Positions 23,826 to 36,855 of a DNA stretch of 64,000 bases are shown here, one piece after another. Under the pieces are notes generated by a model. That model did no database searches and had not been told where the DNA came from. It saw only the letters and a list, made by a program, of their open reading frames with translations. The translations under genes and the position numbers were made by a program. Source of the DNA: Auanema rhodensis (taxonomy: Eukaryota > Animalia > Nematoda); NCBI GenBank assembly GCA_964057225.1, contig OZ059897.1, forward strand, positions 4,340,001-4,404,000, in the 5' to 3' direction. The stretch's first letter is position 1. The number at the start of each line of letters is the position of its first letter.

Positions 23826-26800
23826 CATACACTAATGCATTATTTTTCAAACGATCATAACTAATTTTTGTATAGAGCGTTTCTCAATGTAGTATAGTGC
23901 ATTCGATGCGGATTTTTAAGCTGCGTCGATCTGTGTTATCAGATTTGAGTTAGCTTAAAAATGCACCGAGATATCAACTGATATATGTTCACACTTATAT
24001 CCTCGATTTTCACCCTGAAGAAATGATTTTTTCGTTGAAAAACATTGTCCATCGTATTCGTCTTGAAAAAAAGAATCTAAAAACATCTACTTTTTGTGAA
24101 ATTATTCAGAAATTTTTCGGGAAAATTTTTGTCAAAATGTTTTTGGAAGCAATGTTGAGTGTACATGGGAACTCAACATACACTAATGCATTATTTTTCA
24201 AACGATCATAACTAATTTTTGTATGGAGCGTTTCTCAATGTAGTATAGTGCATTCGATGCGGATTTTTAAGCTGCGTTGATCTGTGTTATCAGATTTGCG
24301 CTAGCTTAAAAATGCACCGAGTAATCAACTGATATAGGTTCACACTTATATCCTCGATTTTCACCCTGAAGAATTAATTTTTTCGTTGAATAACATTGTC
24401 CATCATCTTTGCCTTGAAAAAAGAAATCTAAAAACTCCTACTTTTTGTGAAATTATTTAGAAATTTTTCGGGAAAATTTTTGTCACAATGTTTTTGGAAG
24501 CAATGTTGAGTGTACATGGGAACTCAGCATACACTAATGCATTATTTTTCAAACGATCATAACTAATTTTTGTATGGAGCGTTTCTCAATGTAGTATAGT
24601 GCATTCGATGCGGATTTTTAAGCTGCGTTGATCTGTGTTATCAGATTTGCGCTAGCTTAAAAATGCACCGAGTAATCAACTGATATAGGTTCACACTTAT
24701 ATCCTCGATTTTCACCCTGAAGAATTAATTTTTTCGTTGAATAACATTGTCCATCGTCTTTGCCTTGAAAAAAGAAATCTAAAAACTCCTACTTTTCGTG
24801 AAATAATTTAGAAATTTTTCGGGAAAATTTTTGTCACAATGTTTTTGGAAGCAATGTTGAGTGTACATGGGAACTCAACATACACTAATGCATTATTTTT
24901 CAAACGATCATAACTAATTTTCGTATGGAGCGTTTCTCAATGTAGTATAGTGCATTCGATGCGGATTTTTAAGCTGCGTCGATCTGTGTTATCAGATTTG
25001 AGTTAGCTTAAAAATGCACCGAGATATCAACTGATATATGTTCACACTTATATCCTCGATTTTCACCCTGAAGAAATGATTTTTTCGTTGAAAAACATTG
25101 TCCATCGTATTCGTCTTGAAAAAAAGAATCTAAAAACATCTACTTTTTGTGAAATTATTCAGAAATTTTTCGGGAAAATTTTTGTCAAAATGTTTTTGGA
25201 AGCAATGTTGAGTGTACATGGGAACTCAGCATACACTAATGCATTATTTTTCAAACGATCATAACTAATTTTTGTATAGAGCGTTTCTCAATGTAGTATA
25301 GTGCATTCGATGCGGATTTTTAAGCTGCGTCGATCTGTGTTATCAGATTTGAGTTAGCTTAAAAATGCACCGAGATATCAACTGATATATGTTCACACTT
25401 ATATCCTCGATTTTCACCCTGAAGAAATGATTTTTTCGTTGAAAAACATTGTCCATCGTATTCGTCTTGAAAAAAAGAATCTAAAAACATCTACTTTTTG
25501 TGAAATTATTCAGAAATTTTTCGGGAAAATTTTTGTCAAAATGTTTTTGGAAGCAATGTTGAGTGTACATGGGAACTCAACATACACTAATGCATTATTT
25601 TTCAAACGATCATAACTAATTTTTGTATGGAGCGTTTCTCAATGTAGTATAGTGCATTCGATGCGGATTTTTAAGCTGCGTTGATCTGTGTTATCAGATT
25701 TGCGCTAGCTTAAAAATGCACCGAGTAATCAACTGATATAGGTTCACACTTATATCCTCGATTTTCACCCTGAAGAATTAATTTTTTCGTTGAATAACAT
25801 TGTCCATCATCTTTGCCTTGAAAAAAGAAATCTAAAAACTCCTACTTTTTGTGAAATTATTTAGAAATTTTTCGGGAAAATTTTTGTCACAATGTTTTTG
25901 GAAGCAATGTTGAGTGTACATGGGAACTCAGCATACACTAATGCATTATTTTTCAAACGATCATAACTAATTTTTGTATGGAGCGTTTCTCAATGTAGTA
26001 TAGTGCATTCGATGCGGATTTTTAAGCTGCGTTGATCTGTGTTATCAGATTTGCGCTAGCTTAAAAATGCACCGAGTAATCAACTGATATATGTTCACAC
26101 TTATATCCTCGATTTTCACCCTGAAGAAATGATTTTTTCGTTGAAAAACATTGTCCATCGTATTCGTCTTGAAAAAAAGAATCTAAAAACATCTACTTTT
26201 TGTGAAATTATTCAGAAATTTTTCGGGAAAATTTTTGTCAAAATGTTTTTGGAAGCAATGTTGAGTGTACATGGGAACTCAACATACACTAATGCATTAT
26301 TTTTCAAACGATCATAACTAATTTTTGTATGGAGCGTTTCTCAATGTAGTATAGTGCATTCGATGCGGATTTTTAAGCTGCGTTGATCTGTGTTATCAGA
26401 TTTGCGCTAGCTTAAAAATGCACCGAGTAATCAACTGATATAGGTTCACACTTATATCCTCGATTTTCACCCTGAAGAATTAATTTTTTCGTTGAATAAC
26501 ATTGTCCATCATCTTTGCCTTGAAAAAAGAAATCTAAAAACTCCTACTTTTTGTGAAATTATTTAGAAATTTTTCGGGAAAATTTTTGTCACAATGTTTT
26601 TGGAAGCAATGTTGAGTGTACATGGGAACTCAGCATACACTAATGCATTATTTTTCAAACGATCATAACTAATTTTTGTATGGAGCGTTTCTCAATGTAG
26701 TATAGTGCATTCGATGCGGATTTTTAAGCTGCGTTGATCTGTGTTATCAGATTTGCGCTAGCTTAAAAATGCACCGAGTAATCAACTGATATAGGTTCAC

Positions 26801-29800
26801 ACTTATATCCTCGATTGTCACCCTGAAGAATTAATTTTTTCGTTGAATAACATTGTCCATCGTCTTTGCCTTGAAAAAAGAAATCTAAAAACTCCTACTT
26901 TTCGTGAAATCATTTAGAAATTTTTCGGGAAAATTTTTGTCACAATGTTTTTGGAAGCAATGTTGAGTGTACATGGGAACTCAACATACACTAATGCATT
27001 ATTTTTCAAACGATCATAACTAATTTTTGTATGGAGCGTTTCTCAATGTAGTATAGTGCATTCGATGCGGATTTTTAAGCTGCGTCGATCTGTGTTATCA
27101 GATTTGAGTTAGCTTAAAAATGCACCGAGATATCAACTGATATATGTTCACACTTATATCCTCGATTTTCACCCTGAAGAAATGATTTTTTCGTTGAAAA
27201 ACATTGTCCATCGTATTCGTCTTGAAAAAAAGAATCTAAAAACATCTACTTTTTGTGAAATTATTCAGAAATTTTTCGGGAAAATTTTTGTCAAAATGTT
27301 TTTGGAAGCAATGTTGAGTGTACATGGGAACTCAACATACACTAATGCATTATTTTTCAAACGATCATAACTAATTTTTGTATGGAGCGTTTCTCAATGT
27401 AGTATAGTGCATTCGATGCGGATTTTTAAGCTGCGTCGATCTGTGTTATCAGATTTGAGTTAGCTTAAAAATGCACCGAGATATCAACTGATATATGTTC
27501 ACACTTATATCCTCGATTTTCACCCTGAAGAAATGATTTTTTCGTTGAAAAACATTGTCCATCGTATTCGTCTTGAAAAAAAGAATCTAAAAACATCTAC
27601 TTTTTGTGAAATTATTCAGAAATTTTTCGGGAAAATTTTTGTCAAAATGTTTTTGGAAGCAATGTTGAGTGTACATGGGAACTCAACATACACTAATGCA
27701 TTATTTTTCAAACGATCATAACTAATTTTTGTATGGAGCGTTTCTCAATGTAGTATAGTGCATTCGATGCGGATTTTTAAGCTGCGTTGATCTGTGTTAT
27801 CAGATTTGCGCTAGCTTAAAAATGCACCGAGTAATCAACTGATATAGGTTCACACTTATATCCTCGATTTTCACCCTGAAGAATTAATTTTTTCGTTGAA
27901 TAACATTGTCCATCGTCTTTGCCTTGAAAAAAGAAATCTAAAAACTCCTACTTTTCGTGAAATTATTTAGAAATTTTTCGGGAAAATTTTTGTCACAATG
28001 TTTTTGGAAGCAATGTTGAGTGTACATGGGAACTCAGCATACACTAATGCATTATTTTTCAAACGATCATAACTAATTTTTGTTTAGAGCGTTTCTCAAT
28101 GTAGTATAGTGCATTCGATGCGGATTTTTAAGCTGCGTCGATCTGTGTTATCAGATTTGAGTTAGCTTGAAAATGCACCGAGATATCAACTGATATATGT
28201 TCACACTTATATCCTCGATTTTCACCCTGAAGAAATGATTTTTTCGTTGAAAAACATTGTCCATCGTATTCGTCTTGAAAAAAGGAATCTAAAAACATCT
28301 ACTTTTTGTGAAATTATTTAGAAATTTTTCGGGAAAATTTTTGTCACAATGTTTTTGGAAGCAATGTTGAGTGTACATGGGAACTCAGCATACACTAATG
28401 CATTATTTTTCAAACGATCATAACTAATTTTTGTATAGAGCGTTTCTCAATGTAGTATAGTGCATTCGATGCGGATTTTTAAGCTGCGTCGATCTGTGTT
28501 ATCAGATTTGAGTTAGCTTAAAAATGCACCGAGATATCAACTGATATATGTTCACACTTATATCCTCGATTTTCACCCTGAAGAAATGATTTTTTCGTTG
28601 AAAAACATTGTCCATCGTATTCGTCTTGAAAAAAAGAATCTAAAAACATCTACTTTTTGTGAAATTATTCAGAAATTTTTCGGGAAAATTTTTGTCAAAA
28701 TGTTTTTGGAAGCAATGTTGAGTGTACATGGGAACTCAACATACACTAATGCATTATTTTTCAAACGATCATAACTAATTTTTGTATGGAGCGTTTCTCA
28801 ATGTAGTATAGTGCATTCGATGCGGATTTTTAAGCTGCGTTGATCTGTGTTATCAGATTTGCGCTAGCTTAAAAATGCACCGAGTAATCAACTGATATAG
28901 GTTCACACTTATATCCTCGATTTTCACCCTGAAGAATTAATTTTTTCGTTGAATAACATTGTCCATCGTCTTTGCCTTGAAAAAAGAAATCTAAAAACTC
29001 CTACTTTTTGTGAAATTATTTAGAAATTTTTCGGGAAAATTTTTGTCACAATGTTTTTGGAAGCAATGTTGAGTGTACATGGGAACTCAGCATACACTAA
29101 TGCATTATTTTTCAAACGATCATAACTAATTTTTGTATGGAGCGTTTCTCAATGTAGTATAGTGCATTCGATGCGGATTTTTAAGCTGCGTTGATCTGTG
29201 TTATCAGATTTGCGCTAGCTTAAAAATGCACCGAGTAATCAACTGATATAGGTTCACACTTATATCCTCGATTTTCACCCTGAAGAATTAATTTTTTCGT
29301 TGAATAACGTTGTCCATCGTCTTTGCCTTGAAAAAAAAAATCTAAAAACTCCTACTTTTTGTGAAATTATTTAGAAATTTTTCGGGAAAATTTTTGTCAC
29401 AATGTTTTTGGAAGCAATGTTGAGTGTACATGGGAACTCAGCATACACTAATGCATTATTTTTCAAACGATCATAACTAATTTTTGTATAGAGCGTTTCT
29501 CAATGTAGTATAGTGCATTCGATGCGGATTTTTAAGCTGCGTCGATCTGTGTTATCAGATTTGAGTTAGCTTGAAAATGCACCGAGATATCAACTGATAT
29601 ATGTTCACACTTATATCCTCGATTTTCACCCTGAAGAAATGATTTTTTCGTTGAAAAACATTGTCCATCGTATTCGTCTTGAAAAAAGGAATCTAAAAAC
29701 ATCTACTTTTTGTGAAATTATTTAGAAATTTTTCGGGAAAATTTTTGTCACAATGTTTTTGGAAGCAATGTTGAGTGTACATGGGAACTCAGCATACACT

Positions 29801-32800
29801 AATGCATTATTTTTCAAACGATCATAACTAATTTTTGTATAGAGCGTTTCTCAATGTAGTATAGTGCATTCGATGCGGATTTTTAAGCTGCGTCGATCTG
29901 TGTTATCAGATTTGAGTTAGCTTAAAAATGCACCGAGATATCAACTGATATATGTTCACACTTATATCCTCGATTTTCACCCTGAAGAAATGATTTTTTC
30001 GTTGAAAAACATTGTCCATCGTATTCGTCTTGAAAAAAAGAATCTAAAAACATCTACTTTTTGTGAAATTATTCAGAAAATTTTCGGGAAAATTTTTGTC
30101 AAAATGTTTTTGGAAGCAATGTTGAGTGTACATGGGAACTCAACATACACTAATGCATTATTTTTCAAACGATCATAACTAATTTTTGTATGGAGCGTTT
30201 CTCAATGTAGTATAGTGCATTCGATGCGGATTTTTAAGCTGCGTTGATCTGTGTTATCAGATTTGCGCTAGCTTAAAAATGCACCGAGTAATCAACTGAT
30301 ATAGGTTCACACTTATATCCTCGATTTTCACCCTGAAGAATTAATTTTTTCGTTGAATAACATTGTCCATCATCTTTGCCTTGAAAAAAGAAATCTAAAA
30401 ACTCCTACTTTTTGTGAAATTATTTAGAAATTTTTCGGGAAAATTTTTGTCACAATGTTTTTGGAAGCAATGTTGAGTGTACATGGGAACTCAGCATACA
30501 CTAATGCATTATTTTTCAAACGATCATAACTAATTTTTGTATGGAGCGTTTCTCAATGTAGTATAGTGCATTCGATGCGGATTTTTAAGCTGCGTTGATC
30601 TGTGTTATCAGATTTGCGCTAGCTTAAAAATGCACCGAGTAATCAACTGATATAGGTTCACACTTATATCCTCGATTTTCACCCTGAAGAATTAATTTTT
30701 TCGTTGAATAACATTGTCCATCGTCTTTGCCTTGAAAAAAGAAATCTAAAAACTCCTACTTTTCGTGAAATTATTTAGAAATTTTCCGGGAAAATTTTTG
30801 TCACAATGTTTTTGGAAGCAATGTTGAGTGTACATGGGAACTCAGCATACACTAATGCATTATTTTTCAAACGATCATAACTAATTTTTGTATAGAGCGT
30901 TTCTCAATGTAGTATAGTGCATTTGATGCGGATTTTTAAGCTGCGTCGATCTGTGTTATCAGATTTGAGTTAGCTTAAAAATGCACCGAGATATCAACTG
31001 ATATATGTTCACACTTATATCCTCGATTTTCACCCTGAAGAAATGATTTTTTCGTTGAAAAACATTGTCCATCGTATTCGTCTTGAAAAAAAGAATCTAA
31101 AAACATCTACTTTTTGTGAAATTATTCAGAAATTTTTCGGGAAAATTTTTGTCAAAATGTTTTTGGAAGCAATGTTGAGTGTACATGGGAACTCAACATA
31201 CACTAATGCATTATTTTTCAAACGATCATAACTAATTTTTGTATGGAGCGTTTCTCAATGTAGTATAGTGCATTCGATGCGGATTTTTGAGCTGCGTTGA
31301 TCTGTGTTATCAGATTTGCGCTAGCTTAAAAATGCACCGAGTAATCAACTGATATAGGTTCACACTTATATCCTCGATTTTCACCCTGAAGAATTAATTT
31401 TTTCGTTGAATAACATTGTCCATCGTCTTTGCCTTGAGAAAAGAAATTTAAAAACTCCTACTTTTTGTGAAATTATTTAGAAATTTTTCGGGAAAATTTT
31501 TGTCACAATGTTTTTGGAAGCAATGTTGAGTGTACATGGGAACTCAGCATACACTAATGCATTATTTTTCAAACGATCATAACTAATTTTTGTATGGAGC
31601 GTTTCTCAATGTAGTATAGTGCATTCGATGCGGATTTTTAAGCTGCGTTGATCTGTGTTATCAGATTTGCGCTAGCTTAAAAATGCACCGAGTAATCAAC
31701 TGATATAGGTTCACACTTATATCCTCGATTTTCACCCTGAAGAATTAATTTTTTCGTTGAATAACATTGTCCATCGTCTTTGCCTTGAAAAAAAAAATCT
31801 AAAAACTCCTACTTTTTGTGAAATTATTTAGAAATTTTTCGGGAAAATTTTTGTCACAATGTTTTTGGAAGCAATGTTGAGTGTACATGGGAACTCAGCA
31901 TACACTAATGCATTATTTTTCAAACGATCATAACTAATTTTTGTATGGAGCGTTTCTCAATGTAGTATAGTGCATTCGATGCGGATTTTTGAGCTGCGTT
32001 GATCTGTGTTATCAGATTTGCGCTAGCTTAAAAATGCACCGAGTAATCAACTGATATAGGTTCACACTTATATCCTCGATTTTCACCCTGAAGAATTAAT
32101 TTTTTCGTTGAATAACATTGTCCATCGTCTTTGCCTTGAGAAAAGAAATTTAAAAACTCCTACTTTTTGTGAAATTATTTAGAAATTTTTCGGGAAAATT
32201 TTTGTCACAATGTTTTTGGAAGCAATGTTGAGTGTACATGGGAACTCAGCATACACTAATGCATTATTTTTCAAACGATCATAACTAATTTTTAAATAGA
32301 GCGTTTCTTAATGTAGTATAGTGCATTCGATGCGGATTTTTGAGCTGCGTTGATCTGTGTTATCAGATTTGCGCTAGCTTAAAAATGCACCGAGTAATCA
32401 ACTGATATATGTTCACACTTATATCCTCGATTTTCACCCTGAAGAAATGATTTTTTCGTTGAAAAACATTGTCCATCGTATTCGTCTTGAAAAAAAGAAT
32501 CTAAAAACATCTACTTTTTGTGAAATTATTTAGAAATTTTTCGGGAAAATTTTTGTCACAATGTTTTTGGAAGCAATGTTGAGTGTACATGGGAACTCAG
32601 CATACACTAATGCATTATTTTTCAAACGATCATAACTAATTTTTGTATGGAGCGTTTCTCAATGTAGTATAGTGCATTCGATGCGGATTTTTGAGCTGCG
32701 TTGATCTGTGTTATCAGATTTGAGTTAGCTTAAAAATGCACCGAGATATCAACTGATATATGTTCACACTTATATCCTCGATTTTCACCCTGAAGAAATG

Positions 32801-33696
32801 ATTTTTTCGTTGAAAAACATTGTCCATCGTATTCGTCTTGAAAAAAAGAATCTAAAAACATCTACTTTTTGTGAAATTATTCAGAAATTTTTCGGGAAAA
32901 TTTTTGTCAAAATGTTTTTGGAAGCAATGTTGAGTGTACATGGGAACTCAACATACACTAATGCATTATTTTTCAAACGATCATAACTAATTTTTGTATG
33001 GAGCGTTTCTCAATGTAGTATAGTGCATTCGATGCGGATTTTTAAGCTGCGTTGATCTGTGTTATCAGATTTGCGCTAGCTTAAAAATGCACCGAGTAAT
33101 CAACTGATATAGGTTCACACTTATATCCTCGATTTTCACCCTGAAGAATTAATTTTTTCGTTGAATAACATTGTCCATCATCTTTGCCTTGAAAAAAGAA
33201 ATCTAAAAACTCCTACTTTTTGTGAAATTATTTAGAAATTTTTCGGGAAAATTTTTGTCACAATGTTTTTGGAAGCAATGTTGAGTGTACATGGGAACTC
33301 AGCATACACTAATGCATTATTTTTCAAACGATCATAACTAATTTTTGTATGGAGCGTTTCTCAATGTAGTATAGTGCATTCGATGCGGATTTTTAAGCTG
33401 CGTTGATCTGTGTTATCAGATTTGAGTTAGCTTAAAAATGCACCGAGATATCAACTGATATATGTTCACACTTATATCCTCGATTTTCACCCTGAAGAAT
33501 TAATTTTTTCGTTGAATAACATTGTCCATCATCTTTGCCTTGAAAAAAGAAATCTAAAAACTCCTACTTTTCGTGAAATTATTTAGAAATTTTTCGGGAA
33601 AATTTTTGTCACAATGTTTTTGGAAGCAATGTTGAGTGTACATGGGAACTCAACATACACTAATGCATTATTTTTCAAACGATCATAACTAATTTT

Positions 33697-36600
33697 TGTA
33701 TGGAGCGTTTCTCAATGTAGTATAGTGCATTCGATGCGGATTTTTAAGCTGCGTTGATCTGTGTTATCAGATTTGCGCTAGCTTAAAAATGCACCGAGTA
33801 ATCAACTGATATAGGTTCACACTTATATCCTCGATTTTCACCCTGAAGAATTAATTTTTTCGTTGAATAACATTGTCCATCATCTTTGCCTTGAAAAAAG
33901 AAATCTAAAAACTCCTACTTTTTGTGAAATTATTTAGAAATTTTTCGGGAAAATTTTTGTCACAATGTTTTTGGAAGCAATGTTGAGTGTACATGGGAAC
34001 TCAGCATACACTAATGCATTATTTTTCAAACGATCATAACTAATTTTTGTATGGAGCGTTTCTAAATGTAGTATAGTGCATTCGATGCGGATTTTTAAGC
34101 TGCGTTGATCTGTGTTATCAGATTTGCGCTAGCTTAAAAATGCACCGAGTAATCAACTGATATAGGTTCACACTTATATCCTCGATTTTCACCCTGAAGA
34201 ATTAATTTTTTCGTTGAATAACATTGTCCATCGTCTTTGCCTTGAAAAAAGCAATCTAAAAACTCCTACTTTTCGTGAAATTATTTAGAAATTTTTCGGG
34301 AAAATTTTTGTCACAATGTTTTTGGAAGCAATGTTGAGTGTACATGGGAACTCAACATACACTAATGCATTATTTTTCAAACGATCATAACTAATTTTTG
34401 TATGGAGCGTTTCTCAATGTAGTATAGTGCATTCGATGCGGATTTTTAAGCTGCGTTGATCTGTGTTATCAGATTTGCGCTAGCTTAAAAATGCACCGAG
34501 TAATCAACTGATATAGGTTCACACTTATATCCTCGATTTTCACCCTGAAGAATTAATTTTTTCGTTGAATAACATTGTCCATCGTATTCGTCTTGAAAAA
34601 AAGAATCTAAAAACATCTACTTTTTGTGAAATTATTCAGAAATTTTTCGGGAAAATTTTTGTCAAAATGTTTTTGGAAGCAATGTTGAGTGTACATGGGA
34701 ACTCAGCATACACTAATGCATTATTTTTCAAACGATCATAACTAATTTTTGTATAGAGCGTTTCTCAATGTAGTATAGTGCATTCGATGCGGATTTTTAA
34801 GCTGCGTCGATCTGTGTTATCAGATTTGAGTTAGCTTAAAAATGCACCGAGATATCAACTGATATATGTTCACACTTATATCCTCGATTTTCACCCTGAA
34901 GAAATGATTTTTTCGTTGAAAAACATTGTCCATCGTATTCGTCTTGAAAAAAAGAATCTAAAAACATCTACTTTTTGTGAAATTATTCAGAAATTTTTCG
35001 GGAAAATTTTTGTCAAAATGTTTTTGGAAGCAATGTTGAGTGTACATGGGAACTCAACATACACTAATGCATTATTTTTCAAACGATCATAACTAATTTT
35101 TGTATGGAGCGTTTCTCAATGTAGTATAGTGCATTCGATGCGGATTTTTAAGCTGCGTTGATCTGTGTTATCAGATTTGCGCTAGCTTAAAAATGCACCG
35201 AGTAATCAACTGATATAGGTTCACACTTATATCCTCGATTTTCACCCTGAAGAATTAATTTTTTCGTTGAATAACATTGTCCATCATCTTTGCCTTGAAA
35301 AAAGAAATCTAAAAACTCCTACTTTTTGTGAAATTATTTAGAAATTTTTCGGGAAAATTTTTGTCACAATGTTTTTGGAAGCAATGTTGAGTGTACATGG
35401 GAACTCAGCATACACTAATGCATTATTTTTCAAACGATCATAACTAATTTTTGTATGGAGCGTTTCTAAATGTAGTATAGTGCATTCGATGCGGATTTTT
35501 AAGCTGCGTTGATCTGTGTTATCAGATTTGCGCTAGCTTAAAAATGCACCGAGTAATCAACTGATATAGGTTCACACTTATATCCTCGATTTTCACCCTG
35601 AAGAATTAATTTTTTCGTTGAATAACATTGTCCATCGTCTTTGCCTTGAAAAAAGCAATCTAAAAACTCCTACTTTTCGTGAAAATATTTAGAAATTTTT
35701 CGGGAAAATTTTTGTCACAATGTTTTTGGAAGCAATGTTGAGTGTACATGGGAACTCAACATACACTAATGCATTATTTTTCAAACGATCATAACTAATT
35801 TTTGTATGGAGCGTTTCTCAATGTAGTATAGTGCATTCGATGCGGATTTTTAAGCTGCGTTGATCTGTGTTATCAGATTTGCGCTAGCTTAAAAATGCAC
35901 CGAGTAATCAACTGATATAGGTTCACACTTATATCCTCGATTTTCACCCTGAAGAATTAATTTTTTCGTTGAATAACATTGTCCATCGTATTCGTCTTGA
36001 AAAAAAGAATCTAAAAACATCTACTTTTTGTGAAATTATTCAGAAATTTTTCGGGAAAATTTTTGTCAAAATGTTTTTGGAAGCAATGTTGAGTGTACAT
36101 GGGAACTCAGCATACACTAATGCATTATTTTTCAAACGATCATAACTAATTTTTGTATAGAGCGTTTCTCAATGTAGTATAGTGCATTCGATGCGGATTT
36201 TTAAGCTGCGTCGATCTGTGTTATCAGATTTGAGTTAGCTTAAAAATGCACCGAGATATCAACTGATATATGTTCACACTTATATCCTCGATTTTCACCC
36301 TGAAGAAATGATTTTTTCGTTGAAAAACATTGTCCATCGTATTCGTCTTGAAAAAAAGAATCTAAAAACATCTACTTTTTGTGAAATTATTCAGAAATTT
36401 TTCGGGAAAATTTTTGTCAAAATGTTTTTGGAAGCAATGTTGAGTGTACATGGGAACTCAACATACACTAATGCATTATTTTTCAAACGATCATAACTAA
36501 TTTTTGTATGGAGCGTTTCTCAATGTAGTATAGTGCATTCGATGCGGATTTTTAAGCTGCGTTGATCTGTGTTATCAGATTTGCGCTAGCTTAAAAATGC

Positions 36601-36855
36601 ACCGAGTAATCAACTGATATAGGTTCACACTTATATCCTCGATTTTCACCCTGAAGAATTAATTTTTTCGTTGAATAACATTGTCCATCATCTTTGCCTT
36701 GAAAAAAGAAATCTAAAAACTCCTACTTTTTGTGAAATTATTTAGAAATTTTTCGGGAAAATTTTTGTCACAATGTTTTTGGAAGCAATGTTGAGTGTAC
36801 ATGGGAACTCAGCATACACTAATGCATTATTTTTCAAACGATCATAACTAATTTT
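33697..36855. repeat. Local 4-monomer (1404-bp) higher-order repeat, ~2.25 copies
   Basis: Private variants TTCTAAATG (~34062/35466) and AAAAGCAATC (~34251/35655), plus the same A/B chimera at 34399/35803, all recur at +1404. Confidence 0.9.
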
